Source of the DNA: Candidatus Latescibacterota bacterium
Lineage (GTDB): Bacteria > Latescibacterota > UBA2968 > UBA8231
Assembly: GCA_965197905.1 (NCBI GenBank)
Contig: CBDAOB010000003.1
Span: forward strand, 672,001 to 736,000
DNA: 64,000 nt
Direction of reading: 5' to 3'
Under the pieces are notes generated by a model that ran no database searches, had not been told where the DNA came from, and saw only the letters and a list, made by a program, of their open reading frames with translations. The translations under genes and the position numbers were made by a program. The number at the start of each line of letters is the position of its first letter. Position 1 is the first letter of the stretch. Positions 39,694 through 51,955 of this stretch are shown here, one piece after another.

Positions 39694-42600
39694 GTTGCCG
39701 CTGGCATCGGTGGCGCACACCGCCAGCTCGTAGGTCGTCTCCGCTTCCAGGCCGACTGCCCGCAGTTCGTGCGCGGTCTCCTGATTGCCCGAGGCCAGGT
39801 AGATCGCTCCATCGGCGGAGCGCACCGTCGCAATGGTCGGTTCGTTGGTGGTAAAGGCGATCAGGAAGCTGCTTACAGTAAGACCCCGCACGATCGGCCG
39901 GCCGATCATCACGGGTGGCGCAATGTCCGGACCGGCCGGGGTAAGGAAATCTAGCACCGACCACTCCACGCGATTGCCCGCTGGATCGGTACAGAACGAC
40001 TGGAAGAGGAAACGGGTGCCCGGAACCAGATTGGTCAGCGCGACCTCGTGATTCTTTACGTCCGCGGGCACGATCACCCGCTTGCCATCGTTGTCCGCCA
40101 GGATCTTCGCCGCCACGACCGGATCGAAACCGTTCGCAAGTGCCTTGGCGTTCGCTCCTCCCATCGGACTGAAGAGGATCTCGCTATCCGCCACCTCATC
40201 CGTATCCCATTCGATGCGCACGCGATCGTGTTTGCGGTCGACTACCACCGGCGGACCGAAGAACTTGGGCGGTTTGGTATCCGCTTCGGTCTCGGTGCGA
40301 AAACGGCCAGTCGCTGCTCCATCCACACCGAAACTGAGGGCGTAGGTGTAGTCGGTCCCAGGAAGGAGATTGCTCAGTACGACATTGTGCTCGGTAGCCA
40401 GCCCGCGGCTTTCAAACACCTCATTCTCAGGTTGCTCGTTGGGATAGTAGGTCACCACCGCTTCGGCGGCGCGATCCAACCGGAAGAAGATGGTGGCGCT
40501 GCGATCGCCGATCCGTCGCGCCACGGGCCCCGCGGTCAGCTGCACCGGCTGCAAGCTGCGACTAAGACTCTCGAAACGGATCACCGACGACATCGTCTGG
40601 TTGCCACCGGCATCCTCAGCCATGACTTGAAAGAAGTAAGGGGTGTTTGCGCGCAGACTGGTGAGCTCCAAGGCGTGCTGCTGCTGGCGTTCCAAACCGC
40701 GCGCCGAATGGGTGGGGGCCGAGAGGTCCTCCTCCGTGCTCGCCACAAGCTCGACGGAAGCAGGCTCGTCCAGCTCCATCAGCACGCGCGCAAAGGTGGA
40801 AGTGAGGTCCCCTGCAAACGGCGTTGTGACGAAAGACGGGGGGGTCTGATCCGCGTCGATGTCGGTTACGAACGACAACACCGGTCCTCTGGAGATGTTA
40901 CCGGACTGATCCCGCGCTTCCAGGCCCACCCAGTATGTGGTCCCCGGGTCCAGTCCGGCCAGCTCAACCCGGTGCGGCCGCTGGCGCTGGAGACTGGGAA
41001 TGGTGGTGGCGTCGTTCAGGTCAGCGTTGGCAGCAAAGCTCAGCTCGAGCTCGACCGGTTCGTTGTAGGTCACTTCGAGCACGGCGGAAACGGAGGAGAT
41101 GCCCAACACGTTGGGACCGGTCTCTATCAACGGCACATCTTCGTCCTCAGCTCTCAGGGTCCGCAAGGTAAATGACCGCTCCACCCCATTTCCCTGGGCA
41201 TCCAGGGCGAAAATATCGACGCTGTATGTCGTATTCGGTTGCAGTTGGGTCATCTGCGCCCGGTGTTGCCGCGCCGGCTTGGCGATCGTGATAAGCCCGC
41301 CCTCTGCTGACGCAGCTACCTTGGCCGGAGCGTCGACCTCAAAACGCAGCGACCCCGTCGTCGACTCGGTAGTGCGCCAAATAACCGTAGCCCGTTCGAA
41401 GCCAACCCCCTCCGCGAATAGCTCGACGATCTCGGGCGGAAGATCTTCCCCCTCGGACCGGGTATGAAAAGATCCGCGCACCTCGGGTGTCCGATTATCG
41501 GCCCCATCCCGAGTCAAAACCTCATAGAAGTACTCCGTGTCCGCTTCCAGATTGGTGAGCTGGAGCGTGTGGCTCATTTGCAGCTCGCCGCTTTCCTCGA
41601 GGATGGCGTCGTCGAGATCCGGATCGGTGCTAACAAGCAGTTGCACACGAACCGGCTCGTCGGTAGTGAGCACCACCACCGCGCTCCGGTCGGTCAACCC
41701 TTCGACGGCGGGACCGGAGAGCAGCTCCGCAGATATTTCGTCGGGAGCTGCCCGGGTTTCGAAATCGCGTACAGCGGAGCGGGTCTCGTTGCCGCTGGCG
41801 TCGCGCATGAGTACCTGGAAGTAATAGCGGGTGCCCGGGTCCAGCTCGATAAGCTGGATCTTGTGTTCGGACTGGACCTGCGCCGCCCCCACGAGACGGC
41901 CGTCGCTGACCTCGTCATCGGCGTCGAAGCGCACCTGCACCGTGACCAGTTCATCCGTTTCCAACGCGATAAGTGCCGAGACGTCGGAGATGGCGGTTGC
42001 GGCCGGGCCGGCAGTGAATTCGGGCGCCGTCTCATCCGCTTCGACTCCAGTCGTAAAACTGCCGCTGCGAATCATGGACAGATTACCCGCGGCATCCGCC
42101 GACTGCGCTTGGTACCCGTACTCCGCCCCTGCCTCCAGCCCACTAAGCTCCACGATGTGATCTTCGGTGAGCTCGTCGAGGACGATCTCGCTGACGCTTT
42201 CCTGGGTAGCCTTCGACGCCACCAGACGGGAAAAAGAGATGCGACTGTCGGCCGGCTCGTCGGTGCGCCAGCGGACGACGGCGCGTGCGGTAGTTGTGCT
42301 TTCTATATATGGATCCACCAGAAAAAGCGGCGCCACCTCATCCGGCGCCGACAAGGTCAACACGCGACCGGAATGGGACGCAGACTCGTTCCCCAACCCA
42401 TCGGTAGTGCGAATCTCGTAGCGAAAAAAGACGCCTGCCCGCAGGTCTTCGAACGTCAGCTGATGTGCTTGCCTCAGGTCAGCTCCAGATATCTCGACCG
42501 TGCTCGGATCCAGCTGGGCGGCGTTCGGGTTTACGGTCGCGGGTCCCCCATCCTCAGCCGTCAGCTGCACCAGGCTCGTCGCCGGCTCGTCCGTGTCCCA

Positions 42601-44925
42601 ATTGAAGACGATCGAGCTTTCGGTGGAAGCGGCGCGCACGTTGGAGATAAGCGGTGCCCGGAGATCGGCCTCGGTGGTGAAAGCGAAGCTCGCTTCCGAG
42701 GTGGCGCCGGATGGATCGTGGGCTCCCACCTTCCAGGTGTAGGGCGTGCCCGGGCCCAGCTCTGACGAACTGTAGGACGCGGCGTCTTGACGGCTGGCGA
42801 CCTGCACCAGCGAAGAACCGGTCGGACCCAGGAACAGATCGAACACCAGCGGATCGAAGTCGACGTCGCGGGCGGACCAGGAGATCAGTGGCGCCAGCGG
42901 GGTGTCCGCCGCTCCATCCGCCGGAAATCCGACGACCGGGGTCGACGGCGCATCGTTCACCCGCGTCCAGATCAGCGTCACCTCCTGGGTTGCCGTGGCA
43001 CCCGTCGCCGGATCGGTCACTAGGATGTCGGCCTGGGTCTCGCCGAACGCGTTTGCGACTGGAGCGAAGTCGACGCCGTTATTGCTTTGGGTAGCCGTTG
43101 CGACCAGCACGCCGTCGAATCCGGAAGCGGACCACAGCATGGTCGTGATGTCGGAATCGAGATCGGTGAGGTTGCCAGTCCCCCCTACGTGAATAGGGTT
43201 GTCTTCCGCCGCGGAATAGCGGAATCCCAGATCCACGATGGTGGGTGCATCGTCTACCGGCGCCCAGGTCAGGGTTACATCCTGAGCTGTGGTCAAACCG
43301 TGGACATTGGTGCGGGTGATCGTCACCAGGTCACTGCCGTTGGCGTGGGGCACCGGAGTGAAGTCGATCTTGTTGCCCTGAATCGAGGAGGCGGAAATGA
43401 GTGTTTGATCCGCGCCGGCCAGGGTCCAGGTACCACTCTCCGCATCGATGGCGTTCAGATCCAGCTCCAGTGTTTCGTCTTCGTTGGCGGTGGCGTCGGC
43501 GATCTTGGCAAGGTCGGGCGGTCCGTTGACGATGATGTCCAGTGAGCTCTGATGGGTGATGCCCACACCCCGAACCGTGAGGAAAACCGTATGAGTCCCC
43601 GGCGTCGAGTAGGTTACCGTAACCTCCTGGTTGCGATCTTCGTAGACCCGGTTATCGTCCGCCTTTGGCTCCAGAAACCAGGTTTCGACGGGTCCGGTAG
43701 ACTGATTGGAGAAGGTAACGGTAAGCGGCGGATTGCCTTGCAACGTCGATGCCGAGAACACCGCCCTGGGTGGCTCTGCAAGGAAAATCGTCAGCGTGCC
43801 GGTGGCGCTGCCCTGGTAGTTGGGATCGTTCACGGTGGCCGTGACCCCGTAGGCCCCCGGATCGATCGGCGGACTGGCCAGCGGTATACCGAATACGTTA
43901 TGGGTAAAGATCACATCCAGCCCCGGCGGGTCTGTCGTCGCACCGCCCACTTTCGGATTGCCGTCCGACTTGGCATCCAGATTGTTGAGGGTGACCGTGG
44001 CATCCGCCTTGGCCACGTCGAAGCTGGTACTGGTGCCGGTCAATCCCAGGCCGGTGGCGCTCAGAATGCGACCATCTCCCGCTCCGGATACGGTCAGACT
44101 GTCGATGACAACGCGGCCGTCGGCAGCGGTAAAGTCGCTTTGCGACAGCGTTCCGGCTGGTGACAGCGCCAGGCTCACCGTGCCATTGAAATCCTTGTCG
44201 CGATTACCGTGTTGGTCACGGGCTTCAAGGAAGGGTTGCGGCGAAAAAAGCTCCAGGTGGGTCGTGTTCGTTGGCTGTGACGTGAACTCCCAATGTGTGG
44301 CCACTACCTCGAAGGTCACCTTATTCGACTCGCTGACCGCTATTGCGGCCCCCTCATTGCCGGCGCTGGTGGTCACCCCGTTGAGGTCGAACCCCATCTT
44401 GAAGGCGTGGCCCTCTTCGCCTATAACGGTGTTCATGCGGGCGGTGATGATGTAGAAGGTGTGGCCGGTGGGTGTTTCCGTTGACGTGGGCGACACCGTC
44501 GTGGTACCACCGATGTTGATGGTGCTTTGCAGACCTATCTGGGTGTCTCCGCTGTCGAAGGTTTCATCGCTGCTGCGGTAGAGCACCAGATCCAGGTCGT
44601 TGGAAATCAGACCGGTGGGCGCGTCCAGGTCCGAGATGGTCAGGTCGATGCCGGTGACGGTGAAGGTTCCGAAGCTGGTGAGTCCGATGCTGAAAAGCTG
44701 GATTTCCGAACCAGCGCCTACGATCGCCGCGCCGACGTGGCCGGTGGTTTTCAGCGTAGATTGGTTGCGAAGGACGGAGATGGTGTTGTCAGTTAAATTC
44801 GCCACCGCCAGATCCGGCCGTCCGTCGCCATCCAAGTCCGCGATAATAGGACGAAGAGCACCGGCTGCCGCTGTGAAATCCACCTTCGCAGCTACTGTTG
44901 AAGCGTCGATCACACCGGGGGTCCC
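39694..44925 (-). CDS. Giant secreted protein B, middle segment (last FG-GAP repeat, MBG-like, PKD, cadherin-like, Fn3-like array)
   Basis: ORF 39457-44913, collinear with protein A from about 44740 onward. Confidence 0.85.
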
Positions 44926-47860
44926 CGGTGTTCCGGAACACGGAGACCGTCGTACCCGCGCCCGAACCGAAATTCGCTACAGCCAGATCCAGCTTGCCAT
45001 CCCCGTTCAGATCTCCGACCGACAGCCGCCGCGGATCTGCATTCGTCGCAACATCCACCGTCGGAGCGAACGACGCGCCGTTAATGACCCCGAGGTGCTG
45101 GTGTTTCGAATCATGGAAAACGTGTTGTCCGAACTGTTGGCGACGGTAAGATCGGATTTCTCGTCTCCATCCATGTCGGCAATTATCACACCATTGGCGA
45201 AATCTCCGGCACCGAAGTCAACGTTGCCCGCAAATGAAGTACCGTCTACGATGCCGAAGGTAGCTGTGTTTCGCAGTACAGATACCGCATCTCCAGTTGC
45301 AGTGCCTACGGCCAGATCTGGTTTGCCGTCGCCATCGAGATCGGCGATGGACAGTCGTTGTGGGCCCAGGTCAGTGGCAAAATCAACTTTGGCCGCGAAC
45401 GAATTGGACGTGATGGCACCACTAACGCTCGTGTTACGAATCACCGAGACGGTATTGGCACCACCGTTGGCTGTTACAAAATCGAGCTTTCCGTCCCCGT
45501 CCAGATCGGCAATTTCGACTCCATGAGCACTCGTTCCCACCGTAAAGTCCACCTTCGTAGCGAAGGAGACGGCGCCGCTGGAACTGGTATTTCTGAACAC
45601 GGAGACCACGTTGGTCGGATTATCGTGCGCAGCAGCAATGTCGATGCTTCCGTCCCCGTCCAGATCACCCACAGAAATGCCGTCTGGCTTTACGGCAGAT
45701 GTCAGGTCGATCTTGGTAGCAAAGGATGAAGCGTCTATCAAGCCCGTTGAGGAGGTGTTTCGAAGAACGGAAACTGTGTTCGAGGTTCGGTTGGGCGCCG
45801 CCAAATCCGGTTTGCCGTCCCCGTCGAAATCGGCAATTGTCAGCGAAGATGGATCTGTGCCGGTTACGAAGTCGACCTTGGCTGCGAACGTCGACGCATC
45901 GATCGTGGCAGCGGCACTGGAGAAGGTCGGCACAAAGAATCCCTTCGACTCGGTGACCCGATTGCTCCTGTTCACCGTGATGGGACTGAAGGTGGCGCCC
46001 ACCGGCACGTCCACCGTAAGTGAAGTACTGGTAGCTGTAGATGCGTTCGCTTTTGTGGCGCCGAAGTAGACAGAGTTATTGCCGGCAATGGCGTCGAAGT
46101 TCGTTCCGGTAATGGAGATGGTCTTTCCGACACGTCCAGAAAGAGGACTGAAAGTGGCGATCGTGGGTAACGGTATAGTGGTCGTGAGGTTGCGATACAC
46201 CGATACCGTGTTCGCGTTGAAGTTCGTCGCTGTCACGTCCGGTTTGCCATCCCCGTCCAAATCCGCTATGGCGATTCCCGATGGGCCAGTTCCCGTCGAA
46301 AAATCAGCTTTGGGCGAAAATGAAGAAGCATCAATCGTACCAGATGTACTGGTGTTCCGGAAAACCGAAATTGTGTTGACGTTGAAATTCGGCGTTGCCA
46401 GATCCAGCTTGCCGTCCCCATCGATGTCGCCCGTCGCAACGACCTGGGGACCCGTTCCCGTGGCAAAGTTCACCCTGGCGGCGAACGATCCGGCGGTGAT
46501 CGTTCCCGGTGTGCTTGTGTTTCGAAACACCGAGATGTTGATGGAAGCAAGATTCTGGATGGCCATGTCGTTCTTTGAGTCGCCATCAAAGTCAGCAATC
46601 ACTACTTCGTTTGGACTTGTACCCGTGAGGAAATCGACCTTCGCAGCAAATGAGGAGGCATCGATCGTTCCGGGCGTCGAGGTGTTGCGAAGGACGGAGA
46701 TCTGAGAACCCGCCCGAGCCACGACTGCTAGATCGGGCACGCCGTCACCGTCAAGATCGCCGATCGCGGCATGATTTGCACCGTTGGCCGTTGTGAAATC
46801 GACTTTCGCAGCGAACGAGGAAGCATCGATAGTGCCGGCGGTCGTAGTATTTCGCAATACAGCGACCGCGTTATCAGTGTCCTTCGCAACGGCAAGATCA
46901 AGCTTTCCATCTCCATCCAAGTCACCAATAGCGGTGCCGGTCGGCGAGGAACCGGCTGTGAAATCCACCTCTGCAGCAAAGGACACAGTTCCGAGCGTAC
47001 TCAAGTTACGGAGTACGGAAACCTGAGTTCCCGCTCCGGAGCTCCAGTCCGAAACGGCCATATCCAGTTCCCCATCTCCGTCAACGTCACCGAAGGTCAC
47101 GTCTACCGGATCAGTGGTCTCCGCGTAATCCACTTTTGTCGCAAACGAAACAGTACCCGCACTACCCGAGTTGAGAAATACGGACACATTGTCGGAGTTC
47201 ACGTTGGCAACCGCCATATCAAGCTTTCCATCGCCGTCCACATCTCCAATAGCCATGAGACTTGGGAATGTCCCCGTCGAAAAATCGACTTTGTCGGCCA
47301 ACGATGACGCGTCAATCGTCGGGAATTCACCATCAAAGGTGGTCATGAAGAAGTCGTCTGATTGAGCCGTCCGGTTGTTGACCGTCACGCTCACCCGATC
47401 AAACGTCGCCCCGGCAGGCACACTGACCGTCAGCGAGGTCGTCGAGGCCGACGTCACCGTCGCCTGAGCACCCCCAATCCACACCACGTTACTCGCCGGC
47501 GTCGTATCGAAATTGGTCCCCGTGATCGTCACCGCATCACCCACCTTGCCCGACAATGGACTGATCGACGACACCGTCGGAGCCGGCGTGGTCAACGTCA
47601 GGTTGCGATACACCGAAACGTCGCTGTCACCCCAGTTTACGACCGCAATATCCGACTTCCCATCACCGTCATAATCATTGATGGCCAAAGCCAAGGCATC
47701 ATCACCGGCCGTGAAGTCCGCCTTCGTGTTAAAAGAAATCGCACCGACCGTGCTCTTGTTCTTGAGCACCGAAATGTTGTCGCTTATGCCGTTACCGGCG
47801 ACCACGTCGAGCTTGCCATCGCCGTCGACATCCCCAAGGGCAACGTCACGCGGCGAAGAC
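44926..47860 (-). CDS. Giant secreted protein B segment: FG-GAP-like repeats (GDLDGDGKLDL...KVDF) and two IPT/TIG domains
   Basis: ORF 45007-47805 plus a short shifted piece 44789-45058. PTVSSISPLSGKVGDAVTITGTNF motif. Frameshifts near 47860, 45087 and 44925. Confidence 0.8.
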
Positions 47861-49826
47861 CCACGGTAAGGTCTACCTTGGCAGCAAAGGAAGGCGACCC
47901 CACCGCGCTTGTACTACGAAGCACCGAAACCGTGTTGTCCGGTCCGTTTGAGGCAGCCATGTCGAGCTTGCCGTCGCCATCGATGTCTCCTAATCTGACC
48001 CGCCCCGAATTGGTGCCCGTTGTGAAGTCGACCTTTGCGGCAAACGTCGACGCGTCGATGGTCCCGGGCAGACCGGTGTATCTAAAGACTGAAATCGTGG
48101 CAACGTTGTTGTTTGCCACCGCCATGTCAGGCTCGCCGTCGCCATCAATATCGCCCAGAGCGACGTCCGTCGGCACCAGACCCGTAGTAAAATCAACTTT
48201 CGGAGCAAACGAGGACGCATCGATGGCGCCCAACACACTGGTATTGCGAAAAACCGAAATCGCATTGGATCCCGAATTGCTCGGAATCGCCATGTCGATC
48301 TTGCCATCACCGTCGATGTCCCCTAACTCAACCGCGTCCGGTCGCGTGAGCGCCGTGGCAAAATCAACCTTGGCCGTGAAAGAAATCGAGCCCGAAGTGC
48401 TGGTATTTTTGTAAACCGAGACGTTACTGCTGTTATCGTTGGTAACCGCCATATCGAGCTCGCCATCACCATCGATGTCTCCAAAACCGACGGAATAGGG
48501 AAAGGTATTGGCAGCGAAATCTACTTTCGGCGCGAAAGCTACAGTCCCGGAAGTGCTGGTATTGCGTAAAACAGAGGCCGTATTAGCAACGCTGTTGGGA
48601 ACTGCCAAGTCGACCTTTCCATCGCCATCCAGATCGCCAGAAACTATCCACAGAGGACTGGTGCCCGTTGCGAAGTCTACCTTGGCTGCAAACGTCGAGG
48701 CGTCGATCGCCGGAAACATGCCGTCAAACGTCGGCTTGAAGTATTCATCCGAATGGGCGGTGCGATTGTTGACGGTCACACTCACCCGATCATGAGGCGT
48801 ACCATCAGGCACCGTCGCCGTCAACGACGTCGCCGAGGCCGACGCTACCGTCGCCTCTGCACCGCCAAACCGAACCACGTTACTCGCCGGCGTCGTGCTG
48901 AAATTCGTCCCCGTGATCGTTACCGCATCACCTACCTTGCCAGACAACGGACTGATGGACGTCACCCTCGGCGCTGGTGTAGTCAACGTCCGATTGCGAA
49001 ATACGGATAGGTCGGCGTCGATGAGGTTAGGGACGAGGACGTCCGCTTTTCCGTCGCCGTCGAGGTCGGCAGTGGTGACGTCAAAAGGATCGTCGCCAGC
49101 CGGGAAGTCGACTTTTGTGTTGAAGACAATACTTCCAGGGGTACTCTTATTGCGGAGGAGCGATACGTTGTCAGTGGTGCGATTGCTTGTAACCAGATCG
49201 ATTTTACCATCGCCGTCGAGGTCGTCTATCCCCACGCCCGACGGTAGTGTGCCGACCGGCAAATCGACCTTCGCTGCGAATGATACAGTGCCAATGGAGC
49301 CGGTGTTTCGCAGGACCGAGACGGTGTTGTCTGGCGAGTTGAGAGCAGCCAGATCGAGCTTCCCGTCGCTGTCGACGTCACCAAGCTTTACGCGCCCCGA
49401 GTGGCGGGTGTGGGAGACTTGGACAACGACGGCGTCGAAGACATAGTAGTCGGAGCGGACCTGGATGACACCGGCGGCACTAATCGTGGTGCTCTTCACC
49501 GTGCCGTTGCTGTTCATGAATAGCACATAGACGGCGCCACGATTGGTGCCGCCCGTATCATCGAAAGGCGCGCCGACGGCGAGATCTTCCACTCCGTCAT
49601 TGTCGAGATCGCCCACAGCGGCCATCCCACTGCCGAAAAACTCGCTGTCGGTAAGGGTAACGCCGAAACCGCCGGTATTGTCGGCGATCTTCTGACTGCT
49701 CTTGACCTGTATGGTCTGGGCAGCGAGTGGCCACGCGACCAAACAGCCGACCAGGCACAGATATCTTGCCATCGTATACGGGGAATTGAGCACAGCTCTG
49801 GGTATCCGAATCTCGTTCACAGGCAA
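47784..49826 (-). CDS. Giant secreted protein B, N-terminal segment: signal peptide, one integrin FG-GAP repeat, FG-GAP-like repeats and IPT/TIG
   Basis: MARYLCLVGCLVAWPLAA is homologous to the start of protein A. The integrin propeller breaks off after one repeat near 49495. Confidence 0.8.
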   Translation of the reverse strand: MPVNEIRIPRAVLNSPYTMARYLCLVGCLVAWPLAAQTIQVKSSQKIADNTGGFGVTLTDSEFFGSGMAAVGDLDNDGVEDLAVGAPFDDTGGTNRGAVYVLFMNSNGTVKSTTISAAGVIQVRSDYYVFDAVVVQVSHTRHSGRVKLGDVDSDGKLDLAALNSPDNTVSVLRNTGSIGTVSFAAKVDLPVGTLPSGVGIDDLDGDGKIDLVTSNRTTDNVSLLRNKSTPGSIVFNTKVDFPAGDDPFDVTTADLDGDGKADVLVPNLIDADLSVFRNRTLTTPAPRVTSISPLSGKVGDAVTITGTNFSTTPASNVVRFGGAEATVASASATSLTATVPDGTPHDRVSVTVNNRTAHSDEYFKPTFDGMFPAIDASTFAAKVDFATGTSPLWIVSGDLDGDGKVDLAVPNSVANTASVLRNTSTSGTVAFAPKVDFAANTFPYSVGFGDIDGDGELDMAVTNDNSSNVSVYKNTSTSGSISFTAKVDFATALTRPDAVELGDIDGDGKIDMAIPSNSGSNAISVFRNTSVLGAIDASSFAPKVDFTTGLVPTDVALGDIDGDGEPDMAVANNNVATISVFRYTGLPGTIDASTFAAKVDFTTGTNSGRVRLGDIDGDGKLDMAASNGPDNTVSVLRSTSAVGSPSFAAKVDLTVGLRRVTLPLGMSTAMASSTWSPVTA

Positions 49827-49869
49827 ATACTACGGTCCTTTTGCTCTTCGGCCGATCCAGCCCGACTGG

Positions 49870-49930
49870 TTGTTATACAATAACCAAAAAACGACCAAGA
49901 ATTGTGATGCGGATCAACATTTGAGTAGAA
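49870..49930 (-). promoter_or_regulatory. Conserved upstream region of giant gene B with a CRP/FNR-family-like box
   Basis: Near-identical to 32143-32205. TGTGATGCGGATCAACA at 49903-49919. Confidence 0.6.
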
Positions 49931-50037
49931 ATTGCACCCTTCATTCCAACTGTTGGAGCGTTTGACAACACCGTAGATGTGTTGTTGTTTTCTCCAACGT
50001 GAAGGCGACCCTTCTTGTTCGCACCCGCATTATCTTC

Positions 50038-51595
50038 GGGTGTAGGTTCTGATTTACGTATTTGTGCATAAAAAGCGGGACCCCAATTCCAGGCACGAAT
50101 GTACTTTGGGTGTAAGGACATACGCCCAAACCCGGAAGGAGGTCCCAGATGGAAAATACGCAGGATCTGAGCGCGTGTGTGACGAAATTGCAGGAGAATG
50201 TCCTGCAGTGGGAAAACCGGCTGCAATCCGAACAAGGAGGACCGGCAGCGTTTCGCCTGGCGATGAACGAGCTGCGAGCTGCTTTTGATGAGATCGGTCG
50301 GACCGGTTTCCTGCGATTGGCGCACGCCTGTGAGGTCGCCTCCGACACGTTGGGTAACGACGGTCGGCTGTACCGCTTCAAGCAAATGGTCGACAAGGAG
50401 TGGATGAGTCTGTGGGGCAAGGTCGTAGTGCCACGTCGGCTGTATCAGGAAGACCATGGCGGACCGAGCCGGGTGCCGCTGGATGAGCGTTGCGGCATGG
50501 TGAATCGATTCATGGTGCCGGAGTTGGAGCGTGTGACGGCGTTTTTGGGCGCCCGGTTGGTCCCGGCCGAAGTCGAGGACAGCTTGGGTGAAGTGCTGCC
50601 GGAGCCGCCATCGCGTACGGCTATCCAGCACGTATTGACCACCGTCGGACAGTGTGCCGAGGACGGGGCCGAACAGCTCGAGCTGGCCTTGCAAGGCGCG
50701 GCGCCGCTGGACGCCGAGGGCGACACGCTCGTTGTGAGCTGGGACGGCGTCACCGTCCCCCTGCGAGAGCCAGCGCCCAAGCGCGGACGTCCGGCCGAGC
50801 GACCGATGGCCACGGCCACCGACACCACGCCCACCGCCTGGAAGGAGGCGGGTGTGGGCATGGTCGCCACCTACCTGACGCCGCTGGATCCAGAGGTCGA
50901 AGAGCCGGAACGAGTCGATGTGCGCTATGCCGCGCGTATGCCGGAAGCGAAGATGACGACCCTGGTCAACGGCCTGGTGGAGCAGACGGCCCGGGCGTTG
51001 CAGCAGGGTGGCTACGACCATCGTGTCGTTTTGGCCGACGGCAAACGAGAGATCTGGCGCATCGTCGACGAGCATGGTGTGTTCGAGGGTTTCACCCGCA
51101 TTCTGGACTTCTATCACGCGGCGCAGCATCTGTCGATGGCGGCGGAGCACCTTTTCGGCAAAAAGTCGGCGAAGGCGGATCGCTGGTATCGATCCTGGCG
51201 GCACAAACTGCGCCATACACCCAACGCCGTGGCGGGCTTGATCCGCTCTTTTTCCTACCACCGTCGCAAACTCCGAAGACGATCGGACCGTTATCGCCAG
51301 GCGACCACCGAAATGGGCTACTTTCGCAACAACCGGGACAAAATGGAATACGCTGGCTATCACGCCTCGGGCTTGATCATCTCCAGTGGCCCTGTGGAGG
51401 CCGCCGCCAAGACCATCGTCGGCCACCGACTCAAACGCAGCGGCATGCGATGGACCCGCCACGGAGGTCAGCAGATCCTCAACCTACGAGTCCAGGTGCA
51501 ATCGAAACGATGGGATGCTTTCTGGAACTGGTATCTCCAGCAGACCACACCCATAACAACCCTGAAAAGGGCAGCGTAAAAACGAGGCTACACCC
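50038..51595 (+). mobile_element. ISKra4-like insertion sequence (1558 bp)
   Basis: Imperfect 21 bp terminal IRs GGGTGTAGGTTCTGATTTACG / GGGTGTAGCCTCGTTTTTACG (16 of 21 match) around a transposase. No target duplication is visible. Confidence 0.85.
50149..51579 (+). CDS. DDE transposase, ISKra4/UPF0236-like
   Basis: WDG, LADG, ILDFYHA.QHL and SGPVEAA.K.IV..RLKRSGMRW. Confidence 0.88.
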   Translation: MENTQDLSACVTKLQENVLQWENRLQSEQGGPAAFRLAMNELRAAFDEIGRTGFLRLAHACEVASDTLGNDGRLYRFKQMVDKEWMSLWGKVVVPRRLYQEDHGGPSRVPLDERCGMVNRFMVPELERVTAFLGARLVPAEVEDSLGEVLPEPPSRTAIQHVLTTVGQCAEDGAEQLELALQGAAPLDAEGDTLVVSWDGVTVPLREPAPKRGRPAERPMATATDTTPTAWKEAGVGMVATYLTPLDPEVEEPERVDVRYAARMPEAKMTTLVNGLVEQTARALQQGGYDHRVVLADGKREIWRIVDEHGVFEGFTRILDFYHAAQHLSMAAEHLFGKKSAKADRWYRSWRHKLRHTPNAVAGLIRSFSYHRRKLRRRSDRYRQATTEMGYFRNNRDKMEYAGYHASGLIISSGPVEAAAKTIVGHRLKRSGMRWTRHGGQQILNLRVQVQSKRWDAFWNWYLQQTTPITTLKRAA

Positions 51596-51921
51596 ATTTC
51601 AAAGACGTAACCTTCGACGGCAGGCCGAGGGGGGAATTGTGGCCTGGCGGCCCAACGGCGCCCTCCGATGACGGCGCCTACACCATCGACTCGCGGGGTC
51701 GCTGGGTTGAGTTGGGGCGCGGAGTTGTTGATTTTCACTCCGTCACCCGCGTGTTGAGGGCTGCCGGATACGACGGCTGGATCACCGACGATTTCGATTT
51801 CAGTTGTTACCCAGCGCGATCATCGGCCCAGGCCTGTAAGGACTATCTCAACCAGGCGCTTGGGCTCTGGGGCGAAAGAGATATTCGCCGTGGCGTAGCG
51901 CCTGAAACGAACCAATCCTGA
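51595..51921 (+). pseudogene. 3' remnant of a sugar phosphate isomerase/epimerase (xylose isomerase-like TIM barrel) gene truncated at the IS end
   Basis: Begins HFKD at the IS boundary, followed by ELGRGVVDF..V...L...GYDGWI. Confidence 0.75.
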
Positions 51922-51955
51922 ATCGAGCCCACCCACCAAACAATGAGGGGACACC

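Noticed and set aside
18135..49826. Many long plus-strand ORFs opposite the giant genes (e.g. 26163-28298, 41464-42765)
   Set aside because: Antisense shadows of GC-rich repetitive coding sequence with no recognisable motifs.
18135..49826. Diversity-generating retroelement or shufflon acting on the giant genes
   Set aside because: No reverse transcriptase, TR/VR pair with adenine-specific differences, or site-specific invertase is seen in the window.
49873..51462. 529 aa minus-strand ORF
   Set aside because: Antisense to the transposase, which has clear DDE-family motifs.
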